From positions 7,776,001 through 7,840,000 of the forward strand of contig OZ245006.1 of the NCBI GenBank assembly GCA_965223545.1: a stretch of DNA of 64,000 nt. Direction: 5' to 3'. The stretch's first letter is position 1. Each line of letters starts with the position of its first letter. The notes beneath the pieces are model-generated. The model was given only the letters and a program-made list of their open reading frames with translations, made no database searches and had not been told where the DNA came from. Source of the stretch: Planctomycetota bacterium. Lineage in GTDB: Bacteria; Planctomycetota; UBA1135; UBA2386. The position numbers were made by a program, and so were the translations under genes. Shown here one piece after another: positions 25,401 to 34,273 of the stretch.

Positions 25401-27064
25401 CAAGTGTCGCCAACGCTCTCGTGCCTGCCGTGCTCGAGGCGCTTGCAACCACGGGATCGGTGACGGTCTCGCGCACGGTGCAGGTCCCGGCGCAGACAGC
25501 CTCGGCCTCGACCGGGATGGTCGGCGTCGAGGGCGCTCACCTGGTCGAGCCCCAAGAGGTTGTCACCGAGACCTTGCCAGTGCAGGTCTCGCGCGTCGTC
25601 ACTGTGCCGGCGCTCACTGCTATGGCCAGCGTTGGCCAGGTATCTCTCGACCGATTGCTGACTCTGGCCGCGGTGTCCGTGACCGCGACGACCGCGAGCG
25701 TCGGCATGGGGCGGGTGCTGCGGCCGGCCACGCAGCCGTTGGTCACCTCTACTCCTGCGCTGCAGGGCTCGACCAGGGTTGTTGCGGTCGGAGTCGTCGA
25801 GCTATCGACGTCAACCCCGTCGCTGGGCAGCGCGAGAGTGATGGCGGTCGCTGTGCAGGCAGTCTCCACAGAGACTCCAGCGCCGACTTCTGTCGGCGTC
25901 GTGATCCTGTTCCCGGCCGCGCAGCAGGCGGTCGCGACCATCACTTCGCCGACGGTGCTCGGTGGCAGCGTTGCACGCGTCCGCTTCCCGTCGCCGTTCG
26001 TGGTCTCTGGCCGGATGTTGACCGACGGCGGCAGCTTTGCAACAGACTCGAGCGAGAGCGATCCGCACGTGCGCGTCTCCGATGACGGCACACAGCTCGA
26101 GCTGCTGTTCTGTGCCTACGAGGATGCGCCCCAAGTCAACACCGAGGCCCCGCGTCCGTTGCAGATCGGTTACGCGGAGATGCCGATCGATGGAGATCCG
26201 CTGGCGGACTGGTCGGCGAGCTACGAGGCGGGCGATCCCGAGTCGCTGCAGATGGCGGCGACGCCGACGAGTCGTCACCGCAATGGTGTCACGGGGCCGC
26301 ACGTCGTTCGGCATTCTGCGCTCGGCGGGCTCAAGCTGCTGTTCTTCGCGCAGGATCCTGGCGTGCGCCCCGCGGACTCGGGGGGCAATACGCACACGGG
26401 CCAGGTCTCATCGATCGCGGTGGCGACTTCGCCGCAGCCGAATGGCAGGCTGTGCCGATGGTGCCTTGGAGGCGACGTCGATCGAGCAACCTTGGTGGAG
26501 CCTGGCAACGATTGGGCGCAGGCGTACACGACGGTGCCGGGTCCGGGTGTGCTCGAGTACGCCGGCGGGCACCGGGATCCGACCGCGGTCGAGCGGCCTG
26601 GCACCGACGAGCTGCTGGTCTTCACGGTTGCCGAGAGCGACTCGGGTCTGGTGCTCTCGCGCGCGGTGTCGACCGTGACCTCGGGGCGGATCATTCGGCC
26701 GATCGAGGACCCGGCGCCGGTGCTGTCTGGGATCGGTGGTGGGGCGGACGTGATCCTCGACCCGGATGGGCAGACGCTGCACCTGGTGTGTCAGGCGACC
26801 GATGGCCACCTCGACCACTACATGAGCACGGGGTGGGGTGCGGCAGGGACGTGGACCGCGAACCCAGCCAACCCAATCTTGCGGGTCGATGCTGCGGGGT
26901 TGTCCGGGATCGTCGGCACCGATGTGCTCGGCGGGCCGAGGCTTTTCATCCCCTCTGGCGGCGACGAGTTCTGGATGGTGCTCGACTTCCGGCCCGCAGG
27001 GGGCCGGGGTGGTGTTGGGGCCGGGCTGTACCTGGCGACGTCGGGGAGGCTCCTGGGGCTCTAG
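22460..27064 (+). CDS. 1534-aa multidomain glycan-active protein, probably virion-associated
   Basis: GH-like N-terminal domain (RLMDWN, VELSNELWN, YEAGQH), two propeller domains (NPANP), Val/Thr/Ala beta-repeat stalk. Confidence 0.65.
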   Translation: MKLGVNVLQLESWAKARPFQNEALQAAWPRTDGFVGPATYAAGDYAAGTTYMLLLTDGDSLPTGDYVWKVSGNAAGNVNSVTVNGNGASTGPNSFTVSGSPPVNVWLDFTVSATTAMADVQFEVYPAGFRSGGTWKPEFADALRPFRQCVRLMDWNGAFSQLDGSAPFPISYSASLRPNTTTSTHWSGTTFTNTGVRAKFCNVPHAERIWLCVPLYIGRNQTKFLSWLNARLNQIPTSTKVYVELSNELWNTNFPQHGVLDDASFAEFGAGIPGPERNAIVASRWAKEMKDWVVAAELQGRVQVVFAWQNAASGSFPFTSPPWLGGNPVHPEAVANIQAIGRVAVAPYFGSGVTSLANLSASITQPIADLETWRDDVTDALGIKLLCYEAGQHVENQPESWQNSPEMLAAIDEYLDELETALASDAEVCWYGLANGWDAQQAWGLIETFEERTDKYRLVASRASGYGYGFPRQERTTTLGSLVNGTSAPWRGSPNQGHGDVFAYHDPVAGLATLYFGARNTIAYSEQSPFNPDNILQQWSETPADPGSPSWPIAQLYGIEGTASEDGLDTPCLMWHPVLQKWFLYHQVIPGTTPNGEAGSIFAIQAASSTNPTHSSRVWVRHPGFVLQADQAWEGGFQVFEGEPPSQIVTWRGGVSECSFFWEPRLGRTVAFYRGHNEISPGGAHRWRLGRAVEDAALDGLTFTKDADYVFSPYEDTPSGYSGAATSGAHHYSVHRDPTDGSYHCFYLHAIGTSNWGVHHMRSDALGVKGSWVVNPANPLITISSISADLGGGEGLPTKVGAPCLLPDLASGKLFVFFDGAPVQRYVNAGVFVAESSVERVVTVGVIEAGTSVGAASTGTSGGSQTVAVSVQEAVSSVAAPAVSRVIQVPPQDVEFQVCDCPVVQETARLVLGQNLETGVGAVGMARVIPVATVELTTSAPAVGMDRAIAVSGQTVSATAPSVGIVLRVAAIEVSTSTAGASVANALVPAVLEALATTGSVTVSRTVQVPAQTASASTGMVGVEGAHLVEPQEVVTETLPVQVSRVVTVPALTAMASVGQVSLDRLLTLAAVSVTATTASVGMGRVLRPATQPLVTSTPALQGSTRVVAVGVVELSTSTPSLGSARVMAVAVQAVSTETPAPTSVGVVILFPAAQQAVATITSPTVLGGSVARVRFPSPFVVSGRMLTDGGSFATDSSESDPHVRVSDDGTQLELLFCAYEDAPQVNTEAPRPLQIGYAEMPIDGDPLADWSASYEAGDPESLQMAATPTSRHRNGVTGPHVVRHSALGGLKLLFFAQDPGVRPADSGGNTHTGQVSSIAVATSPQPNGRLCRWCLGGDVDRATLVEPGNDWAQAYTTVPGPGVLEYAGGHRDPTAVERPGTDELLVFTVAESDSGLVLSRAVSTVTSGRIIRPIEDPAPVLSGIGGGADVILDPDGQTLHLVCQATDGHLDHYMSTGWGAAGTWTANPANPILRVDAAGLSGIVGTDVLGGPRLFIPSGGDEFWMVLDFRPAGGRGGVGAGLYLATSGRLLGL

Positions 27065-27083
27065 TGCTCGTCGGCAACGCGCC

Positions 27084-27353
27084 TCAGTAGAGCCAGGCTT
27101 GACCCAGGTCGATGCTGCGAGGGTCGTCGGTCACATCGATACGGTAAGACTTTCCGCCCGCCAGGAATGCGACCTTGCAGTAGGCGCCGCACATCTCCTC
27201 CTCGCACTCTCGACGGATGCGAGAGAGTAGGGCCCGGAAAGCGTCGACGCTCATGTCGACATTCTCGGCGGGGAAACATCCGGCTTCGGTCCATCGGACG
27301 GTGACGCTCTCGGCGGCTTCGATGGTGGTGGCGACTTGTTCCATGTCCCCCAT
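27084..27353 (-). CDS. Hypothetical protein
   Basis: ORF downstream of the regulator on the same strand. Confidence 0.5.
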   Translation of the reverse strand: MGDMEQVATTIEAAESVTVRWTEAGCFPAENVDMSVDAFRALLSRIRRECEEEMCGAYCKVAFLAGGKSYRIDVTDDPRSIDLGQAWLY

Positions 27354-27375
27354 CCTACTTTCCGAGTGCGCAAAG

Positions 27376-27594
27376 TCAAGCGGGTGGGCGTTGTTTCTTC
27401 CGACGAGTCAGCATCTCCGGGCGTACCCCAACCAGAACGTTCATCCGAATCCACTCCGACACCCCGACGCCAGATCTGTTTGCGGCGTTGCGCAACCATT
27501 CCCATTCGAGATCGCTGAATCGTACCGTCCTAGGCCGAAGCACATCCCCGTCGATGGACTCGGTCGGTCGCCCCATCTTGCGCTGCGCGCTCAT
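27376..27594 (-). CDS. Small RHH (MobC/Arc-like) repressor
   Basis: GRP...RTVRFSDLEWEWLRNAANRSGVGVSEWIR; divergent from the early operon. Confidence 0.75.
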   Translation of the reverse strand: MSAQRKMGRPTESIDGDVLRPRTVRFSDLEWEWLRNAANRSGVGVSEWIRMNVLVGVRPEMLTRRKKQRPPA

Positions 27595-27641
27595 GGGGCC
27601 ATCCTCGCAGACTGGATCGAAAAGCGCAAATTCGCATGCGC

Positions 27642-27675
27642 AAAGTCTTGACTTTCGACGCCGGATGCCGATACT
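27642..27675 (+). promoter_or_regulatory. Early promoter with overlapping operator
   Basis: TTGACT-16nt-GATACT; IR AAAGTC-TT-GACTTT over the -35. Confidence 0.6.
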
Positions 27676-27733
27676 GAAACCGTCGCCGGACGAAGCCGTC
27701 CACCACACGGCCCGGCGGAAAGGAACAAGCACG

Positions 27734-27937
27734 ATGAGATTCCGCTCGCCGGAGTACCTCTATTCCCCGCCGGAAGCCGCAGTCTGCGACTGCTGCGCTC
27801 TGCCCCTCGCCTACCACGGCGCCGACTCGTTCTGCCCCGAGTGCGAGCACGACGAGGACGAGCCGGCCAGGCCGCTGGATGGCAACCTGCTGGTGTCGTT
27901 GGGCGCGGCGATTGCCGAGCAACGGGAGGCGGGCTGA
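27734..27937 (+). CDS. Small Zn-finger protein
   Basis: AAGGAACAAG RBS; CDCC..CPEC. Confidence 0.55.
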   Translation: MRFRSPEYLYSPPEAAVCDCCALPLAYHGADSFCPECEHDEDEPARPLDGNLLVSLGAAIAEQREAG

Positions 27938-28176
27938 TGATCGTGTCAGACTCCACCGTCGAAGCGATCGCGCTCATCTTGGGCGACGAGGCCCCGCAGT
28001 CGATTCGCGGCGATCTTCACCTGGCGCGGACCTGGCCGGAGTTGCTCAAGGCCATCAAGGCTGGGCTGCGGTTGGCGCGGGATCTGGAGGAGGCGCTGCC
28101 TCCCGAGTGCCCTGAGTGCGGCGTCGATCTGGACGCCCGCGGGCGTTGCTGGCCATGCACGCGGGAGGGGGCGTGA
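27937..28176 (+). CDS. Small Zn-finger protein
   Basis: TGATG coupling; CPECG..CWPC. Confidence 0.55.
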   Translation: MIVSDSTVEAIALILGDEAPQSIRGDLHLARTWPELLKAIKAGLRLARDLEEALPPECPECGVDLDARGRCWPCTREGA

Positions 28177-28406
28177 TGCGCGACCCTCTTGTCACGATCG
28201 ATCACCTCTCCGACGAGGGCCTTGCCGCGGTCTGGATCGAGACCGATGCCGGCCGACTCAACGTTGCTTCGTGGATCCCTACGGCCGCGGCCGAGCACAT
28301 CGCCGCCGCGCTGAGGTGCGTCGGCATGGATGCCCTGCGCGTGCTCGTTTCTCTGCGCACACACCTCGGCGAGCCCGAGGCCGTCGAGCGCGTTTTCCCG
28401 ATGTAG
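28176..28406 (+). CDS. Hypothetical protein
   Basis: Coupled, GGAGG RBS. Confidence 0.5.
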   Translation: MRDPLVTIDHLSDEGLAAVWIETDAGRLNVASWIPTAAAEHIAAALRCVGMDALRVLVSLRTHLGEPEAVERVFPM

Positions 28407-28478
28407 TGTAAGATCACCCCCACGTCGACGCCCGACACCACGCGGGCCCGGCGATTCACCCAATCAAGGAACAAGCAA

Positions 28479-28580
28479 ATGCAATCGCGCGAAGCGTTGC
28501 GCGAGGCCGCTACCTGTATCGCGGTGGCGGTTCTCGGCCTGGTCATTCTCGCCCTGCTACACGCGGAGCCGTGGCGATGA
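28479..28580 (+). CDS. Small membrane peptide
   Basis: AAGGAACAAG RBS; 33 aa hydrophobic. Confidence 0.4.
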   Translation: MQSREALREAATCIAVAVLGLVILALLHAEPWR

Positions 28581-28813
28581 CCGTCATCCACGACCCCAAC
28601 AACCGCTGCCTCGGCTGCAGCGCGCCAACGGACGTCCCTGGCTGGTGCGTGGAGTGCATCGACTTGCACCCGCAAGCGCCAACAGGCTCGGACCGCCACA
28701 TGGATCTACTCGGCGTGCCGCCGGCAGACCGTTACTGCCCGCAGCACGGAGAGCCGCTCGTCATCCGCGATAGACCCGGTCGGAGCTGGGAATGCGGGTG
28801 CAGGGATTGCTAG
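28577..28813 (+). CDS. Small Cys-rich protein
   Basis: ATGA overlap; several CxxC. Confidence 0.5.
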   Translation: MTVIHDPNNRCLGCSAPTDVPGWCVECIDLHPQAPTGSDRHMDLLGVPPADRYCPQHGEPLVIRDRPGRSWECGCRDC

Positions 28814-28821
28814 GAGGAACG

Positions 28822-29715
28822 ATGACGACAACTCAGCTACCCACAAGCCAGCTCACGCCCGAGCAGCTGGAGTTTCGCAAGACCCGGATCGGCTCATCAG
28901 ACATTGCCGCCATCGCCGGACTCAACCCGTGGTCCGGCCCGATCGATGTTTGGCTCGAGAAGATGGGCAAGAGCACGCGCGAGCAAACGGCTGGGTCGCG
29001 GTTGGGCAACTTGGTTGAAGCGTGCATCGCGCAGGTCTACGCCGAAGACAACCCGACGGTGAGCTTGTTCGTGCCCCAGCCGGCGACGTTCTCCCATCCC
29101 GAGCGCTCTTGGCAAGCCGCATCACCCGACCGACTGTGCCTCGTGGACGGCGCGCCCGGTCGCGTGCTCGAGATCAAGCTCGTCGGCCGACGAGTGGCCC
29201 ACCACTGGGATGACGGCACGCCAGTCTACGTGACCACGCAGGCGCTTTGGCAGTGCGATGTCTCGGATCTGCCCGAGGCCCACATCGCGGCAGCGATCTG
29301 CGGGACCGAGTGGCACCTCGACGTCGTCGAATGGGACGAGGACACCGTCGGCGCTCTGCGTGACGTTGGCGAGCGCTTCTATCGCGACCACATGCTGACC
29401 AAGCGCCCGCCGGCGATCGATGCGTCAGAGACCTGGCGCGACTACTTCAAGGATCTGCATCCGCGCGTCACGAAACCGATGGCGGAGGCAAGCGAGCGCG
29501 AGTCGGAACTGGCTCGCCGCTGGCTGCAGGCAAGGCGAAGGAAGGCGGACGCCGACCAAGCCGAGAGCCTGCTACAGAATCAACTCATCGAGTTGGTCGG
29601 AGATCGCGAAGGGGTTCGTGGCGAGGGCTGGCGGCTCATGCTGAAACAGAGGAAGGGCACCGACAAGCGCGTGTTCGACCTTCGTGAGGTCAAGTCAAAG
29701 AAGAGGAGATCATGA
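28822..29715 (+). CDS. YqaJ-like viral recombinase exonuclease
   Basis: IGSSDIAAIAGLNPW...WLEK, ASPD, LEIK, Q..WQ. Confidence 0.9.
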   Translation: MTTTQLPTSQLTPEQLEFRKTRIGSSDIAAIAGLNPWSGPIDVWLEKMGKSTREQTAGSRLGNLVEACIAQVYAEDNPTVSLFVPQPATFSHPERSWQAASPDRLCLVDGAPGRVLEIKLVGRRVAHHWDDGTPVYVTTQALWQCDVSDLPEAHIAAAICGTEWHLDVVEWDEDTVGALRDVGERFYRDHMLTKRPPAIDASETWRDYFKDLHPRVTKPMAEASERESELARRWLQARRRKADADQAESLLQNQLIELVGDREGVRGEGWRLMLKQRKGTDKRVFDLREVKSKKRRS

Positions 29716-30761
29716 CGACAACAGAGAACGATGTCCGCGATGCGGTCCTGGACGTGGAGTCCACAAGTGCGGTCACCGTAGCGCAGGGGGAGGTGGGTGT
29801 TGCGGCCGCGACGGCGCGGGCTGTCGAGGAAGTGCGGGCCCTCTTCGTCGTGGCGGCCTCTCGCCCTCGCGACATGGACGTCGTGCGGCAAAAGCTCTTG
29901 CGCGAGTGCAAGCGGCCCGGGTTTGCCGAGTCGGCGACCTACACCTTGCCGTTTGGCGAAGAGAAGGCGAGCGGCCCGACCATCAGGTTCGCAGAGGCCG
30001 CGCTGGCAGCCATGGGCAACTGCCACGTCGAATCCACCGTGATCTACGACGATCTCGAGAAGCGCATGATCCGCGTGCGGGTCATGGATCTGGAGTCTTG
30101 CGTCCCCTACGTGCGCGAGGTCGTGGTCGACAAGACGGTCGAACGCCGGTTCTTGCGGAAGGGGCAGACGCCCCTGAGCGTGCGCGTCAACGCCAGCGGC
30201 AAAAAGGTCTACACCGTCAAGGCGAGCGAACCTGACCTCTTGGCGAAGGTGGGGCGCGAAGAGTCCAAGGCGTTGCGGACACTGGCCATGCGACTGTTGC
30301 CTGGCTGGCTCAGGGACGAGGCCCTGGCAACGCTCGAGCACACGATTGCCAACAAGGCTGCCGAGGATCCTGACGCATTCCGCCGCAAGCTGGTCGATGC
30401 ATTCCAGGCGGTCGGTATCGACGTGGCCGCGATCAAGGGCGCGGGCTACGACCTCGGGCGCGCGACCCCTGCCGAACTCGCAGAGCTTCGGTCGATCTAT
30501 CAAGCGCTCCGGGACGGCGATCTCGTTTGGGAGGACGTCGTCGCGATGAAGAACGGGAGCGATGCCGGTGAAGGCGAGGACAGGAAGGCGCCGCCCGCCG
30601 GGGCAAAGAAGCTACGCGAGGCGCTCAGCAAGGCGAAGGAGAGGCGCGAGGCCGACGCGAAAGTCGTCGAGACCGAGCCTCTATCGGGGCCTGAGCCCGA
30701 CCCCGACGACGCGCAGGGATTCGACCCCGACGCGGACGCGGACATGGTGGCGGGGGATTGA
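29712..30761 (+). CDS. Putative single-strand annealing recombinase partner of YqaJ
   Basis: RPRD...ECKRPGFAE.A.Y..P.G...GPTIRFAE..MGN; acidic tail; adjacent to YqaJ. Confidence 0.65.
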   Translation: MTTTENDVRDAVLDVESTSAVTVAQGEVGVAAATARAVEEVRALFVVAASRPRDMDVVRQKLLRECKRPGFAESATYTLPFGEEKASGPTIRFAEAALAAMGNCHVESTVIYDDLEKRMIRVRVMDLESCVPYVREVVVDKTVERRFLRKGQTPLSVRVNASGKKVYTVKASEPDLLAKVGREESKALRTLAMRLLPGWLRDEALATLEHTIANKAAEDPDAFRRKLVDAFQAVGIDVAAIKGAGYDLGRATPAELAELRSIYQALRDGDLVWEDVVAMKNGSDAGEGEDRKAPPAGAKKLREALSKAKERREADAKVVETEPLSGPEPDPDDAQGFDPDADADMVAGD

Positions 30762-31495
30762 TGAGTCTCTACAACGCCTTGTTCGGCAGGAACCAGCAGG
30801 CCAACTTGCTGTTGGCTGTCGTTGGCCTGAAGGCGAGCGACGTACAGCGCTTCCGTGACGTGCGCGCGAGTGATGACGGTGGCGAGATTCGAGTACTGTC
30901 TCGTACAGGAGGGGGAAACCGCGCGGACTACCCCCAACGCCTCATGCGCTCGATGCCAGCATGGGATCGGTCTGTTGATGACGAGTTCGATAGCACGTAC
31001 TGCACCGATGTCTTGTGCGTAGGCGAGGGGTGGCGTGGAGATGTCGTCAACCTTGGCGATGTGCTTGAGCACGGGATCCGAGCCGAGTTCGCGCGCTACC
31101 TTGGCCAAACGCTGCACCGTGAACCAACCCCGCGCGACGTGGAGGCGCGGGCTTACGAGAGCGAGCAGAACACCCTGGCGCGCACGAATCACACAATGGC
31201 GAACGGCCACACGTTCGTGCCGCACGATGACGCGTCGATGCGGCGCGCCCTTGAGCTTGCGGAGAAGAACAGGGGCAAGCTGCGGTCGGCGTGGGGGATC
31301 CTCCCGCTCAGGCTCCGGGTGCGGCGAGATGAGGAGGTGTTCGGGCGCTACGTCCGGCTAGAGACGGATGCGGTCTGGCAAATCGATCACCACTACTGGA
31401 AGCGGTGTCAGGAGAAGTTCGCGACTGAGTTTCCACTGGCGATGCGTCAGCTCGACACCGACGTCGAGAGACGGCTCCAGGGGGAGGTGTCATGA
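30761..31495 (+). CDS. Hypothetical phage protein
   Basis: MSLYNALFG...RFRD...RTGGGNR...DDEFDSTY. Confidence 0.7.
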   Translation: MSLYNALFGRNQQANLLLAVVGLKASDVQRFRDVRASDDGGEIRVLSRTGGGNRADYPQRLMRSMPAWDRSVDDEFDSTYCTDVLCVGEGWRGDVVNLGDVLEHGIRAEFARYLGQTLHREPTPRDVEARAYESEQNTLARTNHTMANGHTFVPHDDASMRRALELAEKNRGKLRSAWGILPLRLRVRRDEEVFGRYVRLETDAVWQIDHHYWKRCQEKFATEFPLAMRQLDTDVERRLQGEVS

Positions 31496-31818
31496 CTGCT
31501 GCCACCACGCACTTCAACACCGTCGAGGAGTGGAAGGCCGAAGGCGAGCGCCGCTTCGGCCCGGATGTCATGCGCTGGCGGTTCGTCTGCCCGGCGTGTG
31601 GCCACGTTGCCTCGGTCCAAGAGTGGAAGGCCGTTGGCGCACCTGAGGACGTTGTGGCGTACTCCTGCGTTGGCCGGTGGGCGGGTGCCGATCGCGTCGC
31701 GTTCGAGTCGGGTCGCGGGCCGTGCGACTACGCGGGCGGCGGCCTGTTCCAGATCAACCCGGTCCGCATCGGCGATCGGGAGTCTGGCGTATTCGCTTTC
31801 GCAGACGACGAGGAGTGA
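31492..31818 (+). CDS. VVA0879-family protein
   Basis: W..EG..RFG...WRFVCPACGH...SCVGR...CDYAGGGLF.INP. Confidence 0.75.
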   Translation: MTAATTHFNTVEEWKAEGERRFGPDVMRWRFVCPACGHVASVQEWKAVGAPEDVVAYSCVGRWAGADRVAFESGRGPCDYAGGGLFQINPVRIGDRESGVFAFADDEE

Positions 31819-32150
31819 TGCCTGGCCGCACACGCATCCTCCCGCTCCACACGCCGGCCGCCGAGGAGCGCCTCGTGCGCCACATCGACGACGCCAGGAA
31901 GCGTGCCGAGGTCGGTCGCAAGGCGAAGGCCCTGCGGGAGGTGGTCGCCACGTGGCAGGCGCAGATCGTCGAGTGGCGTGGTCTCGAGAGCGACCCCGAG
32001 TGCGCCAAGGAGATCGACTACATGGAGCTGGCGGTCAGTGGTGGGCTCGAAGAGGTCGCGAGGCTTGAGGCGCTTGCGCGGGGTGAGGTGGTGGTGATCG
32101 AGAGGGCTGGCACGCGGCTTGAGCCGCGGCAGCAGGAGGTGCTGGGATGA
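31818..32150 (+). CDS. Hypothetical protein
   Basis: GAGGAG RBS, TGATG coupling. Confidence 0.55.
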   Translation: MPGRTRILPLHTPAAEERLVRHIDDARKRAEVGRKAKALREVVATWQAQIVEWRGLESDPECAKEIDYMELAVSGGLEEVARLEALARGEVVVIERAGTRLEPRQQEVLG

Positions 32151-33208
32151 CGGCGATTCAGTGGACCGACGAGACATGGAACCCGACAACAGGCTGCGCG
32201 AAGGTCTCGACTGGCTGCAAGAACTGCTACGCGGAGCGACTTGCTCCCAGAGTCTTCGCAGGGCAGGTGGTCACCAAGGACGGGCGAGAGCGACCACGGC
32301 GTTTCACCGACGTGTGGTTCCACCGGGAACGTTTGACCAAGCCGCTGAGATGGCGAAAGCCACGTCGCGTGTTCGTCAACTCCATGAGCGATCTGTTTCA
32401 TCCCGCCGTCCGGGACGATCAGATTGACGAGATCTTCGGGGTGATGGCGCAAGCGGGGAGACACACGTTCCAGGTGCTGACCAAGCGGCCGGAACGTATG
32501 CGTGACTACCTCGCGGCTGATGGCGTGCGCGAGCGGATCAACGCCGCTGCCAATGCGCTCACGGAGCCACCCGACAACGATTGCGCGCTGAACGCGGGTT
32601 GGCCGCTTCCGAATGTGTGGCTCGGCACGTCGGTCGAAGATCAAGCCGCCGCCCGACAGAGGCTCAGCGCGCTGGCGGAAACACCCGCGGCGATCCGGTT
32701 CGCAAGTGTCGAGCCTCTGCTTGGCCACGTCGACTTGAGCCCATGGCTGGACGAGATCGGGACCGCGGTCAACTGCGTCGACTGCGGCTTGCGCAAGGAG
32801 CCATGGGGTAGGTCTGCTCCGCTGGAGATGGCGAACGGGCTGTGCGATCACGAGTGCCCGGGCTACGACAAAGACCCCCGTCCAGGCGGTCTGTGGCCGG
32901 GCGAGAGCCTCCGCGAGTTTGGATTCCCGAAAGAGGTTGTCCGTCGCATCTGCCTTGACTGGGTGATCGTAGGTGGTGAGTCGGGACCAGGGGCACGCCC
33001 GTGCCTCTACGAATGGGTGCGTGACGTGGTCCGTCAGTGCGATGACGCGCGTACGCCGGTGTTCGTCAAGCAACTGGGTGGTTCGCCCTGGCGTGGCGAC
33101 GAGAGAGCGAGACGCTCCATGAACCTCTCGGATCCGAAGGGCGGCAACCCGGGGGAGTGGCCCGAGGATGTTCGGCGGCGTGAATGGCCGGAGGTGGATC
33201 GTGACTAG
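32147..33208 (+). CDS. DUF5131 (phage Gp37/Gp68, radical-SAM-like) protein
   Basis: IQWTDETWNPTTGCAKVSTGCKNCYA, FVNSMSDLFH, LTKRPER, DWVIVGGESG, FVKQLG. Confidence 0.92.
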   Translation: MTAIQWTDETWNPTTGCAKVSTGCKNCYAERLAPRVFAGQVVTKDGRERPRRFTDVWFHRERLTKPLRWRKPRRVFVNSMSDLFHPAVRDDQIDEIFGVMAQAGRHTFQVLTKRPERMRDYLAADGVRERINAAANALTEPPDNDCALNAGWPLPNVWLGTSVEDQAAARQRLSALAETPAAIRFASVEPLLGHVDLSPWLDEIGTAVNCVDCGLRKEPWGRSAPLEMANGLCDHECPGYDKDPRPGGLWPGESLREFGFPKEVVRRICLDWVIVGGESGPGARPCLYEWVRDVVRQCDDARTPVFVKQLGGSPWRGDERARRSMNLSDPKGGNPGEWPEDVRRREWPEVDRD

Positions 33209-33449
33209 CCGATTCAAGTGCCCAGGCTGCACCTACTCGGTTGAGGTTGAGGTCGAGATCGGCCTCCGTGTCCGCGAAGGGCAGGAGCCTGTGGACATGC
33301 GTTGGGCGTCGATGACGTTCGGCGAGGCTCAGTTTCATCTGGTGCGCGCGCACTTGAAGGCGGCCGGGGGCCACCGTGAGCAGGCGGCGCGCTCCCTGGG
33401 CGTCAGCGAACGGACGCTATATCGGTGGATGGCGAAGGCGGGGATCTGA
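33201..33449 (+). CDS. Fis-type HTH protein with N-terminal CxxC
   Basis: GGHREQAARSLGVSERTLYRWM. Confidence 0.7.
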   Translation: MTSRFKCPGCTYSVEVEVEIGLRVREGQEPVDMRWASMTFGEAQFHLVRAHLKAAGGHREQAARSLGVSERTLYRWMAKAGI

Positions 33450-34273
33450 TGACGAGAAAGAACAAGCTGCACGCCCAGCACCCGAAGGCTTTGGCGCACG
33501 GGATGGGCAATGTCGCCTGGTGCGGCACCTACGGTGAGGTGGCGGCCGTGTCGGAGAAGGTGGATTGCTTGCGCTGCAAGGCGATGCAGGAGAACTCAGA
33601 CAGGGGTCGGGAGCCGACACGAACTGCCCGCTACCTGCTCAAGACCGTTGGCCCCAAGGGCGAGGCACATGGCGGCTTCCGTTGGCCGCTCACGCCTGAC
33701 ACAGTCGTCACGGCCCCGGATTGGGACCCGACTCCTGAGTGCGGCGGCGGACTTCACGGCGCGCTGAACGGCGAGGGAGATGGCGGCCTGTTCGATTGGA
33801 GCGAAGGCGCGATCTGGATTGCGGCCGAGATCCCAGAGGGCGTTGAGGTCGTCGACCTCGGCGGCAAGGTCAAGGTGCAATCATGCATCGTCTGGGTGGC
33901 TGGCACCCGCGAAGAGGCTACGTCATGGCTGAGTGAGCGGTGCCCGGGGGCGGCGATCATCGGGGGCACGAGCACGTCGGGCAACCGCGGCACGAGCACG
34001 TCGGGCGACGGAGGTACGAGCACGTCGGGCAACGACGGCACGAGCACGTCGGGCAACGACGGCACGAGCACGTCGGGCGACTATGGCACGAGCACGTCGG
34101 GCAACGGCGGCACTAGCACGTCGGGCGACGGAGGCATGCTCGCAATCAAGCGCTGGGACGGCTCCCGCCACAGGCTGCACGTCGCCTACGTCGGCGAGAA
34201 CGGCATCGAACCCAACGTGCCCTACCGGCTCGACGAGGACGGCAAGTTCGTGCGTGCGGAGGACGAGGAATGA
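33449..34273 (+). CDS. Phage protein with GTSTSG(N/D)x repeats
   Basis: APDWDPTPECGGGLHG domain, 7 octapeptide repeats, YVGENGIEPNVPYRLD tail. Confidence 0.75.
   Translation: MTRKNKLHAQHPKALAHGMGNVAWCGTYGEVAAVSEKVDCLRCKAMQENSDRGREPTRTARYLLKTVGPKGEAHGGFRWPLTPDTVVTAPDWDPTPECGGGLHGALNGEGDGGLFDWSEGAIWIAAEIPEGVEVVDLGGKVKVQSCIVWVAGTREEATSWLSERCPGAAIIGGTSTSGNRGTSTSGDGGTSTSGNDGTSTSGNDGTSTSGDYGTSTSGNGGTSTSGDGGMLAIKRWDGSRHRLHVAYVGENGIEPNVPYRLDEDGKFVRAEDEE
33965..34132 (+). repeat. 7 x 24-bp coding tandem repeat
   Basis: GGCACGAGCACGTCGGGC(A/G)ACNNN units. Confidence 0.9.
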
